Source: an uncultured virus (IMG/VR IMGVR_UViG_3300042261_000615) (taxonomy: Duplodnaviria; Heunggongvirae; Uroviricota; Caudoviricetes). From it: a stretch of 64,000 nt of DNA. Location: the IMG/VR virus record IMGVR_UViG_3300042261_000615; one strand, given 5' to 3'. Below are positions 37,221-47,052 of this stretch, piece after piece. A program made the translations under genes and the position numbers. Each line of letters starts with the position of its first letter. Positions within the stretch are counted from its first letter, which is position 1. The notes under the pieces were generated by a model that was not told where the DNA came from, searched no databases, and saw only the letters and a list, made by a program, of their open reading frames with translations.

Positions 37221-39515
37221 TTAGTACTTTATCTTGCTAAATCCGTTCTCCTTTTTAATATCAATCAACCCGTCGACTATATCACGCAGTGAATCCACAT
37301 GCGATATCAACAATATAAAATCAAATTGAGTTTTCATATATGAGAACAGACTGTATAAGGATGCCAAATTATCACTATCCAATGCACCCATTCCCTCATC
37401 TATCACAAGAAAGTTTGGCCGTGGTAGGTTGCAAATGTTAATTAACGCAACCCGAATTGCCAATCCACTTATGAACCGTTCCATACCACTGCACATTTCC
37501 AATGCCCACTCCTGGTCATCATATACTATCCTCGCATTGATGTTCTTACCATCAGTATCCATAACAATATGAAAATCGACTATCTGACCTAAAATATTGT
37601 TTATCTCATCTTCAATAAGTGGTAATGCGTTTGATATCAACTGATATGGGACACCATCCCTCTGAATGGATTCCATATATAAAGTATATAGTTTATTTTT
37701 TGTTTCAAGCTCCCTCACCTCATTGATACTTTTTTTGATAGTATCGATTGTTGATTTTATAGAACCGATTTCAGCTGTTGTTTTTAACAAGTCACGCTTA
37801 ATCAATGTTATTTTAGCATCATATTGTCGTTTTGATGCATTCAAATCCAATATTTCCGAATTAAGTCTCTTATTGTTTGATATAACACCTTCATTGGCAT
37901 AATACTTTTGAATATTATCATCAATTGATTGATACTGAGTTCTATATAAAGTAAGTCTGGTCTGTATACCACCCAATTCAGCCTCCAACTTTTCCTTTTT
38001 CATAATTGCAGGTTGATATTTAGGTCTAAGCTTATTCAATTCATCCCACACCGTTTCAACATTCGATAATTCAGCAGATTGAGTTTGTAATTCCGATAAT
38101 TCACTTTGTAATTTGGATAATTCGGATTTCTGAGAAGTTACGATACCTTTAGTTTCTATGGCATCCTTCACAAACACATTATTCATACAAAACTTACAAT
38201 TTGGGTCATACTCATGCTTATCCAAATGTTGTAATTTTTGTTCATTGGAATCCAATGATTGCCGCAATAATGTAATCTGCTGACGTACTCTGGATATTTT
38301 TTTAGAATGTTCATCCCATCGTAGCTTCGCTGTATCGGTTGGAATTCCGTTCACAAACTTACGGTCTTCAATGGATTTTGATATTTGTAATATGGTGCTG
38401 GCATAATCCGATATACTACCCACTTTAGTTTCAATTTCAACCAATGATGCGGATAACGATGATGATACATTATATAAATCAGATGTAAGAGTATCCAAAT
38501 CCAAATTATCGACTGTGGGAACGATTTCCGTTGTCAATTCAACGATTTTTTCATCAATGCTACGTACTTCTTCCTCAATTGATTTCAGTTCAGCATCCAG
38601 TCGGTTAAACTCATTCTTTTTGGTTTTAAGAAGCAATTGGTTATCGCTAAGTTCTGTTGAAAAATCCTTTTTTTTGAAATTGCGAATCATTACTGATACG
38701 TCCTTAGTGTCCTCAATAGCAGCATCATGTAACTTATCAAAAATATTCAATCCCATAAACTGGGAAAGTAATTCCTTACGTTCCGTTTGAGATTTATCTA
38801 TAAATAAGGCATTGTTTCCCTGAACTGATAGTGCAGTCAATATGAAATCATCATACCTACCAACATATTGTTCTATTATTGCGTTAGTGTCCCGTCGTTC
38901 ATTACCATTCAACGATTCAATTTGGCCGTTTACAACTTTTGAGAATTGAACATCCACCTTCACGTTCCGACCCTTATTTACAGTACGAGCTTCTCGGCGT
39001 ATCATATAATCCGTACCATCTATTTCAAAATCCAGTTGACAATTAAATGATGATTTTTGATTATTCATAATAGCAGATGCTTTGAATGCCCGACTACATT
39101 TATCAAATAGACAAAATGATATAGCGTCTAGAATGGATGAATTGTGAGATAATATTCCATTTGAATAATATTGGTTTACGTCAGCAACTTGTATATCGTA
39201 TAAATCCATCTTCACTGGTAACAGTTGTATCGATTTTACAGCAGAATTACCAGCATCCGTTTGTATTATCTGCCCCGGAACAAGTTTAATAGTTTTTATA
39301 AATTTACCGTTTTTAGCCTTAATCAAGTGATCAGGAGAACATTCCAAACATTTATCATTTTCAGTTTTTACGCAAAGTACATCCGAATTTTTTGCAGTCA
39401 CATCACAGTATTCAATATGCTTATACCCATATGGAGTATTTACGGATATGCCTATATCACCATATTTCCGATATATATCATATATCTGTTGAATTGTTAT
39501 AGTTTTTTTCATCAT
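37221..39515 (-). CDS. sbcC: SbcC/Rad50/gp46-like ATPase, C-terminal part, preceded by a 125-aa C-intein
   Basis: Intein CSPDH..YDIQV..GILSHN then SSILDAI; Q-loop SVQG; CKFC zinc hook; CSGME signature; VIDEGMGALD; ISH. Confidence 0.92.
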   Translation of the reverse strand: MMKKTITIQQIYDIYRKYGDIGISVNTPYGYKHIEYCDVTAKNSDVLCVKTENDKCLECSPDHLIKAKNGKFIKTIKLVPGQIIQTDAGNSAVKSIQLLPVKMDLYDIQVADVNQYYSNGILSHNSSILDAISFCLFDKCSRAFKASAIMNNQKSSFNCQLDFEIDGTDYMIRREARTVNKGRNVKVDVQFSKVVNGQIESLNGNERRDTNAIIEQYVGRYDDFILTALSVQGNNALFIDKSQTERKELLSQFMGLNIFDKLHDAAIEDTKDVSVMIRNFKKKDFSTELSDNQLLLKTKKNEFNRLDAELKSIEEEVRSIDEKIVELTTEIVPTVDNLDLDTLTSDLYNVSSSLSASLVEIETKVGSISDYASTILQISKSIEDRKFVNGIPTDTAKLRWDEHSKKISRVRQQITLLRQSLDSNEQKLQHLDKHEYDPNCKFCMNNVFVKDAIETKGIVTSQKSELSKLQSELSELQTQSAELSNVETVWDELNKLRPKYQPAIMKKEKLEAELGGIQTRLTLYRTQYQSIDDNIQKYYANEGVISNNKRLNSEILDLNASKRQYDAKITLIKRDLLKTTAEIGSIKSTIDTIKKSINEVRELETKNKLYTLYMESIQRDGVPYQLISNALPLIEDEINNILGQIVDFHIVMDTDGKNINARIVYDDQEWALEMCSGMERFISGLAIRVALINICNLPRPNFLVIDEGMGALDSDNLASLYSLFSYMKTQFDFILLISHVDSLRDIVDGLIDIKKENGFSKIKY
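39141..39515 (-). mobile_element. Split intein C-fragment (IntC, about 125 aa) of sbcC
   Basis: Block B (SPDH), block F (LYDIQV) and block G (SHN) followed by Ser+1. Confidence 0.9.
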
Positions 39516-40687
39516 AAAAGCTTTTTGATATTATCGATTATAAATTGTATATCATTGGATATCAGCACATTGATATTTTTATTCAAACAATATTGTCGTT
39601 TTTCTTCGATTCGGTAATCATAATGTTTCTTTCCAGTCAACCCAGCATATTCAATATAGTAATCGTATTTCGTTAAATAAAAATCATATCTAAAATTAGT
39701 ATCATCTGCATATTTTTTATCATATAAAAAATCAACATTATTCATACTTAAAAATTTTGCGATTTCGTATTCACCCTTAGACTGATACACCGTACCATCG
39801 TATTCAATCATCGAACCATATTTATGCTTTTTATAATCAGATATACCATATTTCAACATCATTTTAGAATGAATAATGTCGATATTATCGACATTAACAT
39901 TAAAAATATATTGGATTAACGTATTTTTAAGAAATCGATATAAGTGAATATACTTCGGACTTATATCCGTAATATTTTCAATGACATCATCTATATTATT
40001 ATATTGTATCGCTTTCAGTACAATGTCTTTGAATACCCCATCTTTATAAAAATTACGTGTGAGATATACCGACATCCAATCGTTCCCATATTGTTTAATT
40101 ATAGTATCAATACTATTAGATTTTTTTAATTCATTAATGCGAGCCTTCTCCGAATCGGATTTTTTATTTAATGTAGATTGCCATCGAAACTGTCTATCAT
40201 TGAATTTTTCAGTACCATCAACTTCACCATATCGGTAGATGTACTTATCCAATGATGTATTATTTTGAAATTGTTTGAGTTTATTTTTACCTTCTTCTTC
40301 CGATAAACCTTGAGTAACTACCCAATATTCAATACATCGTTTATTTTTACAGCGGGTTTCATATGATGCAGTTTTTCCTTTACTGCCTTTTGTTATAAAT
40401 TCATAATATTTTTGCTTACCTACAGTTTCTCCAAATTTATGAGTCCAGTACATTATATTATACGATCTACGAATAGCAATGTTATACTTAGCTTCATCAA
40501 TAGTATATCCGCGCCGCACCCAATATTCAATTGTATATGGTGATGTAACTTTCCATGTGAATTTCAAATTATATTGTTTTTCATATTTTGCTATATAATA
40601 TGATGATGTTCGTAATAAATCGCACAAGTGTCGTTTACTAGTGCTTTCATTATATGCATTCAATAATGTATCTTTACTAATTTCCAT
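39512..40687 (-). CDS. Free-standing endonuclease between the sbcC halves (PD-(D/E)xK/Vsr-like)
   Basis: EYW..G repeats; C-terminal YQSKGEYEI..FRYDFYL..YIEYAG; promoter motif at 40702-40710; ATGA overlap with the IntC gene. Confidence 0.78.
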   Translation of the reverse strand: MEISKDTLLNAYNESTSKRHLCDLLRTSSYYIAKYEKQYNLKFTWKVTSPYTIEYWVRRGYTIDEAKYNIAIRRSYNIMYWTHKFGETVGKQKYYEFITKGSKGKTASYETRCKNKRCIEYWVVTQGLSEEEGKNKLKQFQNNTSLDKYIYRYGEVDGTEKFNDRQFRWQSTLNKKSDSEKARINELKKSNSIDTIIKQYGNDWMSVYLTRNFYKDGVFKDIVLKAIQYNNIDDVIENITDISPKYIHLYRFLKNTLIQYIFNVNVDNIDIIHSKMMLKYGISDYKKHKYGSMIEYDGTVYQSKGEYEIAKFLSMNNVDFLYDKKYADDTNFRYDFYLTKYDYYIEYAGLTGKKHYDYRIEEKRQYCLNKNINVLISNDIQFIIDNIKKLL

Positions 40688-40747
40688 AATTTAGTTTTAC
40701 ATATAAATATAACACAAATGGAAAAACATCAATATATTTTTACTCAT

Positions 40748-43039
40748 TTATTTCAATTCATCCGGCAAAAATCCTAATTTGGATATAATATCAGCTTCAT
40801 CAAATTCAACATCAATTTGAGTGGTTGGGTTTACACATTTTCCAGTGGCGTTCATTGCAAACAACCCCATAAGACCACCCAATTTGGTAAAATCTATCGA
40901 ATTATCCTCACCATATGAAAACATATTACTGAACTCAAACCTTTTTGGTTTCCAATTTATATTTCGTTGAACATCATCTAACGTTATCTTAACATTATTG
41001 TCAATATTTATACCACGTATGGTTTTCAATTCAGAATCGGTTATATTAGGGTAGATGCGTTTTATATAATCAACTATCAATTCATTCTGATGCGATACAT
41101 CAGTAAGATTTTCAAAATCAAACTTCTTTATAGTTGTCGATTTTGCTTTGTTGTATGAATCGGTACGTATTATAGTAAAATCCGATATTCCATATTTTAT
41201 TTTTATCTCAGCAATAACATTTGCAGTTTCAGCAACACCAGTATTGGATAGTTTTACACGCACCCTAGCTTTTGGTGGTATATTATCTACGTCAGGAACC
41301 ACCCCCGCATCTACATACATAGTATAATACCCATAATCGTTTGGAATATCCACAGCCTCCCATTCCAGTGTATCCATATCCCACACTACCATACCATGCC
41401 CATCCAAACTTTCACCAAAATTTTGCTGAATTGTGCTTGATGGATATACGATTTTACACCCAGATGGTGATATGAGTTGCTGCCGCTTGTGTATATCCCC
41501 AGCAAAAACTGCATCGTATCCATCGAATATATCTGTGGTGAAATGTCTACTACTTACAACATAACCGACATCAGTTGTGGAGTTATCAACAGGACCATGA
41601 AATAGTGCAACCTTCAACCGAGCAGCATCGAAAATAGGGTCATTGGGCGATGGCCAATTACTTCGTTTATCAAAAATACTAAATACGGCAAATGCAACAT
41701 CGTCTACATAGTGTACCGTAGTATCCCGTAGATATGTGAAATTTGGTAAGTTTAATGCATCAACAATAGGAGTAAGTGCATCCAAACGGTCGGTATTATT
41801 CATGTTACAGTTTCCCGATATCGAAATTTTATCGTTATACCTTATCAACAAATTCTCGTTTGGTACGCTCAGACAATATACCATACCATCATATGCAACG
41901 GTATCTATCTTTCGTATTTGGGAGTTTCTAACTGTATTTGAATCCGTACACGACGCATTGTATTGTTTTTTGGAATTAGTATATCTGCCATATGATATCT
42001 TACTACTTAATCTAGACGTATATCCGCATAACCTAGCAATAGTAACCAATAAATCGATACTCTGTTTATTTATTGATGAAAATCTCCAATAATTTTTAGC
42101 AAGAGTATTACCATCACCATTTAGATAACCAGATATGAATGATTTAAGGAAACTGTTATCTTGTTGTAAAATTGATAGTGGTATCTCCTTTATACCATTG
42201 AAAAACTTACAAACATCTTTGGCTAATTCGGAATATATACTTATATAAACAGTACCATCTTCTTTAGCCTTAACGTTATATTTGTAGTGTAATTCATCGA
42301 GTATGTTACATAAATAATCAATCTTTCGTTTCTTTTTCAAATGAAATTGTACTCGACACGCACCATTGACACCCTTATCAGTTCTTAATACAAATGTACC
42401 ATCTGCGAATGAAAATCCCAACAATTTTGCAAACGCATTGGGTATATAGTTAGCTACAATTCCATTCAGTGGAATCGGAGTTCTAAGTTTTATATCCTTT
42501 GCCTGCTTTTTATAAAACCTATTAGGATATGTAGTATAGGTGTGCAATATATTATGAGTCGGTGTAACTATTTGTTCAACATCCTTACCAACAAAATGTA
42601 TCAATTCACCGATGTGTCGTTTTTCAATTGTATTGAGGGGTGATTGATATTCGATTTCACGTGTATAGATGTTAAAAGTAGCTACGGGTTGTCTATCATC
42701 ATTTGAACGATTTCGATTTATATAATCATCCAACCTAACCCAACCAGTTGTAGTAAGTACCTCATGTTCAGGAGTAAAGCAATCGTGATTGCCTGCTATC
42801 AAAATAGTAGGGCATAGATTGGAACATTCGGTAAACAACCAACTTATTTGACTTATAAGTTCGGGAGATAACTCCAATTTGGAGTGTGCAACATCACCCC
42901 CAATATATATAATAGAATCGTCTGTACCTCGTTTTCGTATTTCAGAGAATAATCTTTCAAACACCTGTCTATATTCAGTATGCCGTTTAACATTACGCCA
43001 ATGCAAATCTGATATATGGTAAACTCTCTTTAATTTCAT
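40748..43039 (-). CDS. sbcD: SbcD/Mre11/gp47-like nuclease with a cis intein, fused to the SbcC N-terminus and ending in a 29-aa N-intein
   Basis: Metallophosphoesterase motifs SDLH, GGD, GNHD, FHG and GDIH; then FSNMFSYG..NATGK Walker A followed by CVNPTTQI. Confidence 0.9.
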   Translation of the reverse strand: MKLKRVYHISDLHWRNVKRHTEYRQVFERLFSEIRKRGTDDSIIYIGGDVAHSKLELSPELISQISWLFTECSNLCPTILIAGNHDCFTPEHEVLTTTGWVRLDDYINRNRSNDDRQPVATFNIYTREIEYQSPLNTIEKRHIGELIHFVGKDVEQIVTPTHNILHTYTTYPNRFYKKQAKDIKLRTPIPLNGIVANYIPNAFAKLLGFSFADGTFVLRTDKGVNGACRVQFHLKKKRKIDYLCNILDELHYKYNVKAKEDGTVYISIYSELAKDVCKFFNGIKEIPLSILQQDNSFLKSFISGYLNGDGNTLAKNYWRFSSINKQSIDLLVTIARLCGYTSRLSSKISYGRYTNSKKQYNASCTDSNTVRNSQIRKIDTVAYDGMVYCLSVPNENLLIRYNDKISISGNCNMNNTDRLDALTPIVDALNLPNFTYLRDTTVHYVDDVAFAVFSIFDKRSNWPSPNDPIFDAARLKVALFHGPVDNSTTDVGYVVSSRHFTTDIFDGYDAVFAGDIHKRQQLISPSGCKIVYPSSTIQQNFGESLDGHGMVVWDMDTLEWEAVDIPNDYGYYTMYVDAGVVPDVDNIPPKARVRVKLSNTGVAETANVIAEIKIKYGISDFTIIRTDSYNKAKSTTIKKFDFENLTDVSHQNELIVDYIKRIYPNITDSELKTIRGINIDNNVKITLDDVQRNINWKPKRFEFSNMFSYGEDNSIDFTKLGGLMGLFAMNATGKCVNPTTQIDVEFDEADIISKLGFLPDELK
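40751..40837 (-). mobile_element. Split intein N-fragment (IntN, 29 aa) at the SbcC Walker A
   Basis: GK|CVNPTTQIDV is block A-like, followed by a stop. Confidence 0.85.
41810..42781 (-). mobile_element. Contiguous intein (324 aa) with a LAGLIDADG endonuclease in sbcD
   Basis: GNHD|CFTPEHEVLT; VTPTH; LLGFSFADG and FISGYLNGDG; VYCLSVP; ISGN|C. Confidence 0.92.
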
Positions 43040-43971
43040 ATATTGTTTAGTTTTGTTAAAATAAGTTCATCCCATTTCGTATCCGGTGAACTTTTTATGA
43101 GTTCTGTGACTTTTTCAAACCCCATGTCACCAGCATCCTCATTGATAGGTATTATATTCTTTACAGTTATACCATTCTTTATAAACCAATCAGTATGTGT
43201 AGTAGACGCTGATACAGCATCAGCATCCAATAGTATATTCACATGATTAACCCCCTCCTCTAAAATCTTATTTTTAAGTTTAGGTAATAGAAATTTACCA
43301 AGCATAGGTACAACATTCCGTTTTACTGAAAATGCATCAAATGCGCCCTCTACGAGAGTAATTGGTTCAGACCATACTATATGATTTTCGAACATAATCA
43401 CATCCCGGCTAACTGGTGGATTTTTGTATTTCATAGTATCATCGAATATAGCTCTGGCTACAAAATAATTAAGATTACCATCGCAATCATAGGATGGGAC
43501 TATTATTCGGTTTGCATATAATCCATCTTCACAATATCCAATATTGTACTTAACAATATCAGCCATTTCAATACCACGTTTTTTAAGATATGATATTGCC
43601 TGATTATATAATGGATTTAATGATTTTGGTTTATTGAATAATTGCTTAAATTCCTTTGGAAGTTGAAGATGTATTTCGATGTCATCCGTTTGTAGAATAT
43701 TATCATCGGAATCCCCATAGATATCACGAATGGTTTGCAAATCCCTATTATCTACGTTTAACCTACGCAACAATGAAGTGATTTTTCTACCCTTTGAGTT
43801 GCAGACCCAACAGTGCCATTTTTCGGTATCTAAATTTACTTGAAGTTTGGGTTTATGGTGATGACAAAAAGGGCATAGATGTTTTTGTTCATTTCCTTTA
43901 CTGGAAATACCCACACCCAATGCCCCATCTAAAATTGATATTACTTTCAGCTTGTTCCGACTATTCAGCAT
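43036..43971 (-). CDS. DNA primase (zinc-binding and Toprim domains)
   Basis: CPFCHH..WHCWVC; RIIVPS; KYKNP; LVEGAFDA; LDADA. Confidence 0.9.
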   Translation of the reverse strand: MLNSRNKLKVISILDGALGVGISSKGNEQKHLCPFCHHHKPKLQVNLDTEKWHCWVCNSKGRKITSLLRRLNVDNRDLQTIRDIYGDSDDNILQTDDIEIHLQLPKEFKQLFNKPKSLNPLYNQAISYLKKRGIEMADIVKYNIGYCEDGLYANRIIVPSYDCDGNLNYFVARAIFDDTMKYKNPPVSRDVIMFENHIVWSEPITLVEGAFDAFSVKRNVVPMLGKFLLPKLKNKILEEGVNHVNILLDADAVSASTTHTDWFIKNGITVKNIIPINEDAGDMGFEKVTELIKSSPDTKWDELILTKLNNI

Positions 43972-44022
43972 AACTATATATTTCGGTACAAAGATAAGTA
44001 AAATTTTTCAATTATACAAATT

Positions 44023-44226
44023 TTAATAGCCGGAAGTTTTTACATCAATTAAAAATTCAGATAAATAATCCATTTTTGCTGCAATATCTTCAACCGATAT
44101 AATTCCCGATTTTGCCATCGAACTAAGTTCCCTTAGTGATTCAGCCGCAACTTTGAGTGCATCATCTTTTGAATTTAGGAAAGCATCTGAAATTTTGTAC
44201 TTAATACATACGTCTGATAGTGTCAT
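44023..44226 (-). CDS. Hypothetical protein
   Basis: 67-aa ORF in gene order. Confidence 0.55.
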   Translation of the reverse strand: MTLSDVCIKYKISDAFLNSKDDALKVAAESLRELSSMAKSGIISVEDIAAKMDYLSEFLIDVKTSGY

Positions 44227-44247
44227 AACTTTTAATTTTAATTGTAT

Positions 44248-44655
44248 TTATAATATATCCCTATGAAAAAATTTACCAGCAATATTGCTGTTATACGAAG
44301 TATCATCAGCTAAAACATCATATTTGAACTGATAATATACTTCCCAATATGAAAGTGATTTTTTGGAAAAACAAAATCGTATGATTTCACGTTTGAACTC
44401 GTCGGATTTTCCCGATTTCACCATTTGCTTTATTTCATCGTTTGATGAATAATATGTCTGCCAATCCGATTCTTTGGTGATTACACGCTTACGGTTCTTT
44501 CCTTTAAGTGGGGGTTTGCGTGTTGTAGATGTAAGTGATTTTTTACCAATATAAAATTTACCAGTTGGCATATGGGTTATCATATAAACAAACCCAACTG
44601 CCCCATCTGGCACACTATCGTTTATAACATCTTTATTTTCAAATAACCAATTCAT
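44248..44655 (-). CDS. Small GIY-YIG family nuclease
   Basis: GFVYMIT..GKFYIGKK..ESDWQTYYSS..FKREI..YNSNI. Confidence 0.8.
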   Translation of the reverse strand: MNWLFENKDVINDSVPDGAVGFVYMITHMPTGKFYIGKKSLTSTTRKPPLKGKNRKRVITKESDWQTYYSSNDEIKQMVKSGKSDEFKREIIRFCFSKKSLSYWEVYYQFKYDVLADDTSYNSNIAGKFFHRDIL

Positions 44656-44661
44656 TCAATT

Positions 44662-44853
44662 TTAATTTCGTTTAGCGGTATCCGAATATTTTTTAGTATT
44701 CAGAGACCCACCCCGAGCTTTCTTAAGTTTGGGTTCATCTTTCGACAAATCTTTACCCCCATCTATACTTATAGGTGTTTTATCCAAATCAATACCCTTA
44801 AGTTCACTTTGAGATGGCTTCATTTTTTTTAACAAGTCTACTAGTGCTGACAT
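44662..44853 (-). CDS. Small hypothetical protein
   Basis: 63-aa ORF ending KKYSD; in gene order. Confidence 0.55.
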   Translation of the reverse strand: MSALVDLLKKMKPSQSELKGIDLDKTPISIDGGKDLSKDEPKLKKARGGSLNTKKYSDTAKRN

Positions 44854-44897
44854 ATTTTAGTTCTTTAATATAATAATAAGTATATACTAACTTAGTT

Positions 44898-45743
44898 TTA
44901 CGTATCAAATCTAATTATAAAATTTACAGGATAATCCGATAACGATTTTATTGGTTGGGGTAGTTTAGCAACGGCAACCATATTCAGCGAATCATCATAC
45001 AATCCTATTGTTGTAATAAAAGGCGCCAAATATGACCCAGTTGGGTCTGATTTAGAATATTTTTCATAATCACCAAATCCGCCGGTAACATTGGGATTAT
45101 ATGATGAAGTTATAGTATTCCATTTAACAAATGGAGTGTCAGCGATTACGTCAACTGCGGTTTTGTTTGTGGAATAATTGAATTCATTTGGTAGTACCGA
45201 TATATATATCTCATTTTCATATATCGTTTTTGTTGATTTGAATTTCAAATCAAAATTTGATAAAGTAGAACCACTAACTACATTTTTAGTAAGTACAATA
45301 ACACCATTGTTATAAAAAACATTACCCATAATATCACCAGAACCATTTACCAAATTCGAATACGAATCATCAGTCAACGTACCGGTATCATCAGTCAATA
45401 TAACACTACCTTCCTTTACAGATTCCCCATACATAATTTGAGGTATTATCAATACACCAATATTTGATTCAATTTCACGTTCATCGGATGCATATGATTT
45501 CCGCTTTCCGATTTCAAACAAAGCGGATGCGGTTGATTGGCCAGCATAATAATTGGTCTTTATCGATGCATATATTATATCCTTAGAGTATCCAGCATTT
45601 GTTGGGTCGGGTGTTATATCCAATATACTACCGGTATTTTCAGTACCGAACATAGCAGGTATATCCGATGAATCCAGAGACCATTGTTTATATACTTTGA
45701 ACGGTCTAACATTGATGTCGGATAGTGGTATACTTTTTATCAT
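44898..45743 (-). CDS. Virion baseplate/tail structural protein
   Basis: EFNYSTN..PFITTIGLYDD..VAVAKLPQPI motif shared with the neighbour; promoter motif at 45764-45772. Confidence 0.6.
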   Translation of the reverse strand: MIKSIPLSDINVRPFKVYKQWSLDSSDIPAMFGTENTGSILDITPDPTNAGYSKDIIYASIKTNYYAGQSTASALFEIGKRKSYASDEREIESNIGVLIIPQIMYGESVKEGSVILTDDTGTLTDDSYSNLVNGSGDIMGNVFYNNGVIVLTKNVVSGSTLSNFDLKFKSTKTIYENEIYISVLPNEFNYSTNKTAVDVIADTPFVKWNTITSSYNPNVTGGFGDYEKYSKSDPTGSYLAPFITTIGLYDDSLNMVAVAKLPQPIKSLSDYPVNFIIRFDT

Positions 45744-45781
45744 AATTCATCTAAACATATAGATATAAATATCTAAAAAAT

Positions 45782-45810
45782 AAAAAACCCCCCAAACAAT
45801 GTGGGGGGTT
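45782..45810 (-). terminator. Rho-independent terminator
   Basis: aaaaaaccccccaaacaatgtggggggtt. Confidence 0.8.
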
Positions 45811-45827
45811 CGTATTCTTAAAGATTA

Positions 45828-47027
45828 TCAAAAACTTAATTTTATTTTCAATAGAACTTCCTTATCAAATCCCTTTGGTATAGGTTGGGATGTTTTAGCA
45901 ACTGCTATCAATTCATTATAATCGTTATACAACCCGATTGTAGTTATGAATGTCTTCGGGTCGGTATCAAACGACCTTTCCGCAAAATATCCATTGGCAT
46001 CAACGTATGTAGGATTGTTTGAATAGTTGAACTCTCTGTTATTAACCCGCACAAAGTAATGTGTCGTTTTAACGTTTTCAGTACGCCTTGCTTGGAAATC
46101 GCCACCTAAGTTAATGGATTGTGCTAACAATTTTTGATTGAATCGGTTGGATGTTGTAAGTAGACTACCACTGAGATTACCCATAGTACCAATATCACCA
46201 ACCGTATTACCGATTGCAATGGGGTTCAACACAATAATCGCCTTATCTGAAAAGAATTTACCATATCCTTGGGCATTACCATTATCATACCAATTAAGTA
46301 CAGTCGCATCGTTTTGAGTACCTAAATTAAGCGAACCTGATGCGATATCAAATACAGTACCAGTCTTTCCAAAAGTATCACCGAATTTTTTACCACTATT
46401 ATCGATAAATGTAAATTTACCCTTAGATCCTGAAAGAGTCAGTGACCAGTTACCAGCATCCATCGTTTCACGATACTGAGAACGCCCAATATTAATTACA
46501 TATATATCATTGGAGATTTCCTGTAAATTATCGTCAGCAGTGAACGTAAATGTACTACCACTATCCAGAAGTAATGCCGCATATTGTGCATAAGTTGCTT
46601 TCGTTGCTAAAAGAGCAGTATCACTTTGTTGTAGTGATACCGAACCGCTACCATATTTATGACCATATGCAACCGAATATTGAACTTCGGCAGTCGAATC
46701 GCTCTGAGGATTCTTATTGTATATGTTGTAATAGTATTGAGCGCTAACCGATGCTGTTTGGGCTGATGATGTATATACTGATGTCAATGAACCAGCATCA
46801 CCACTCCAAAGTCCAGCAGTAACAACCTCAACCTTACCATCAACCATATCTGATGTTGCAAACCGTTTATATATACCGGTGGTTGTAGCTTGAGTCGATA
46901 GTTGTTGGGAAGCTGGTAAATAATGATTAAGTGTACTAACTATAGTATCCATATCAACCCTGCCATTACTGTTATTAAGTATGGATTGTAATTGGGAAAC
47001 TAAATATGAATCGTTAATTATTGCCAT
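45828..47027 (-). CDS. Virion baseplate/tail structural protein
   Basis: EFNYSNNPT..TFITTIGLYND..LIAVAKTSQPI; C-terminal domain paralogous to 44898-45743. Confidence 0.6.
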   Translation of the reverse strand: MAIINDSYLVSQLQSILNNSNGRVDMDTIVSTLNHYLPASQQLSTQATTTGIYKRFATSDMVDGKVEVVTAGLWSGDAGSLTSVYTSSAQTASVSAQYYYNIYNKNPQSDSTAEVQYSVAYGHKYGSGSVSLQQSDTALLATKATYAQYAALLLDSGSTFTFTADDNLQEISNDIYVINIGRSQYRETMDAGNWSLTLSGSKGKFTFIDNSGKKFGDTFGKTGTVFDIASGSLNLGTQNDATVLNWYDNGNAQGYGKFFSDKAIIVLNPIAIGNTVGDIGTMGNLSGSLLTTSNRFNQKLLAQSINLGGDFQARRTENVKTTHYFVRVNNREFNYSNNPTYVDANGYFAERSFDTDPKTFITTIGLYNDYNELIAVAKTSQPIPKGFDKEVLLKIKLSF

Positions 47028-47052
47028 TTTATTTAAGATTTATATATTACGT

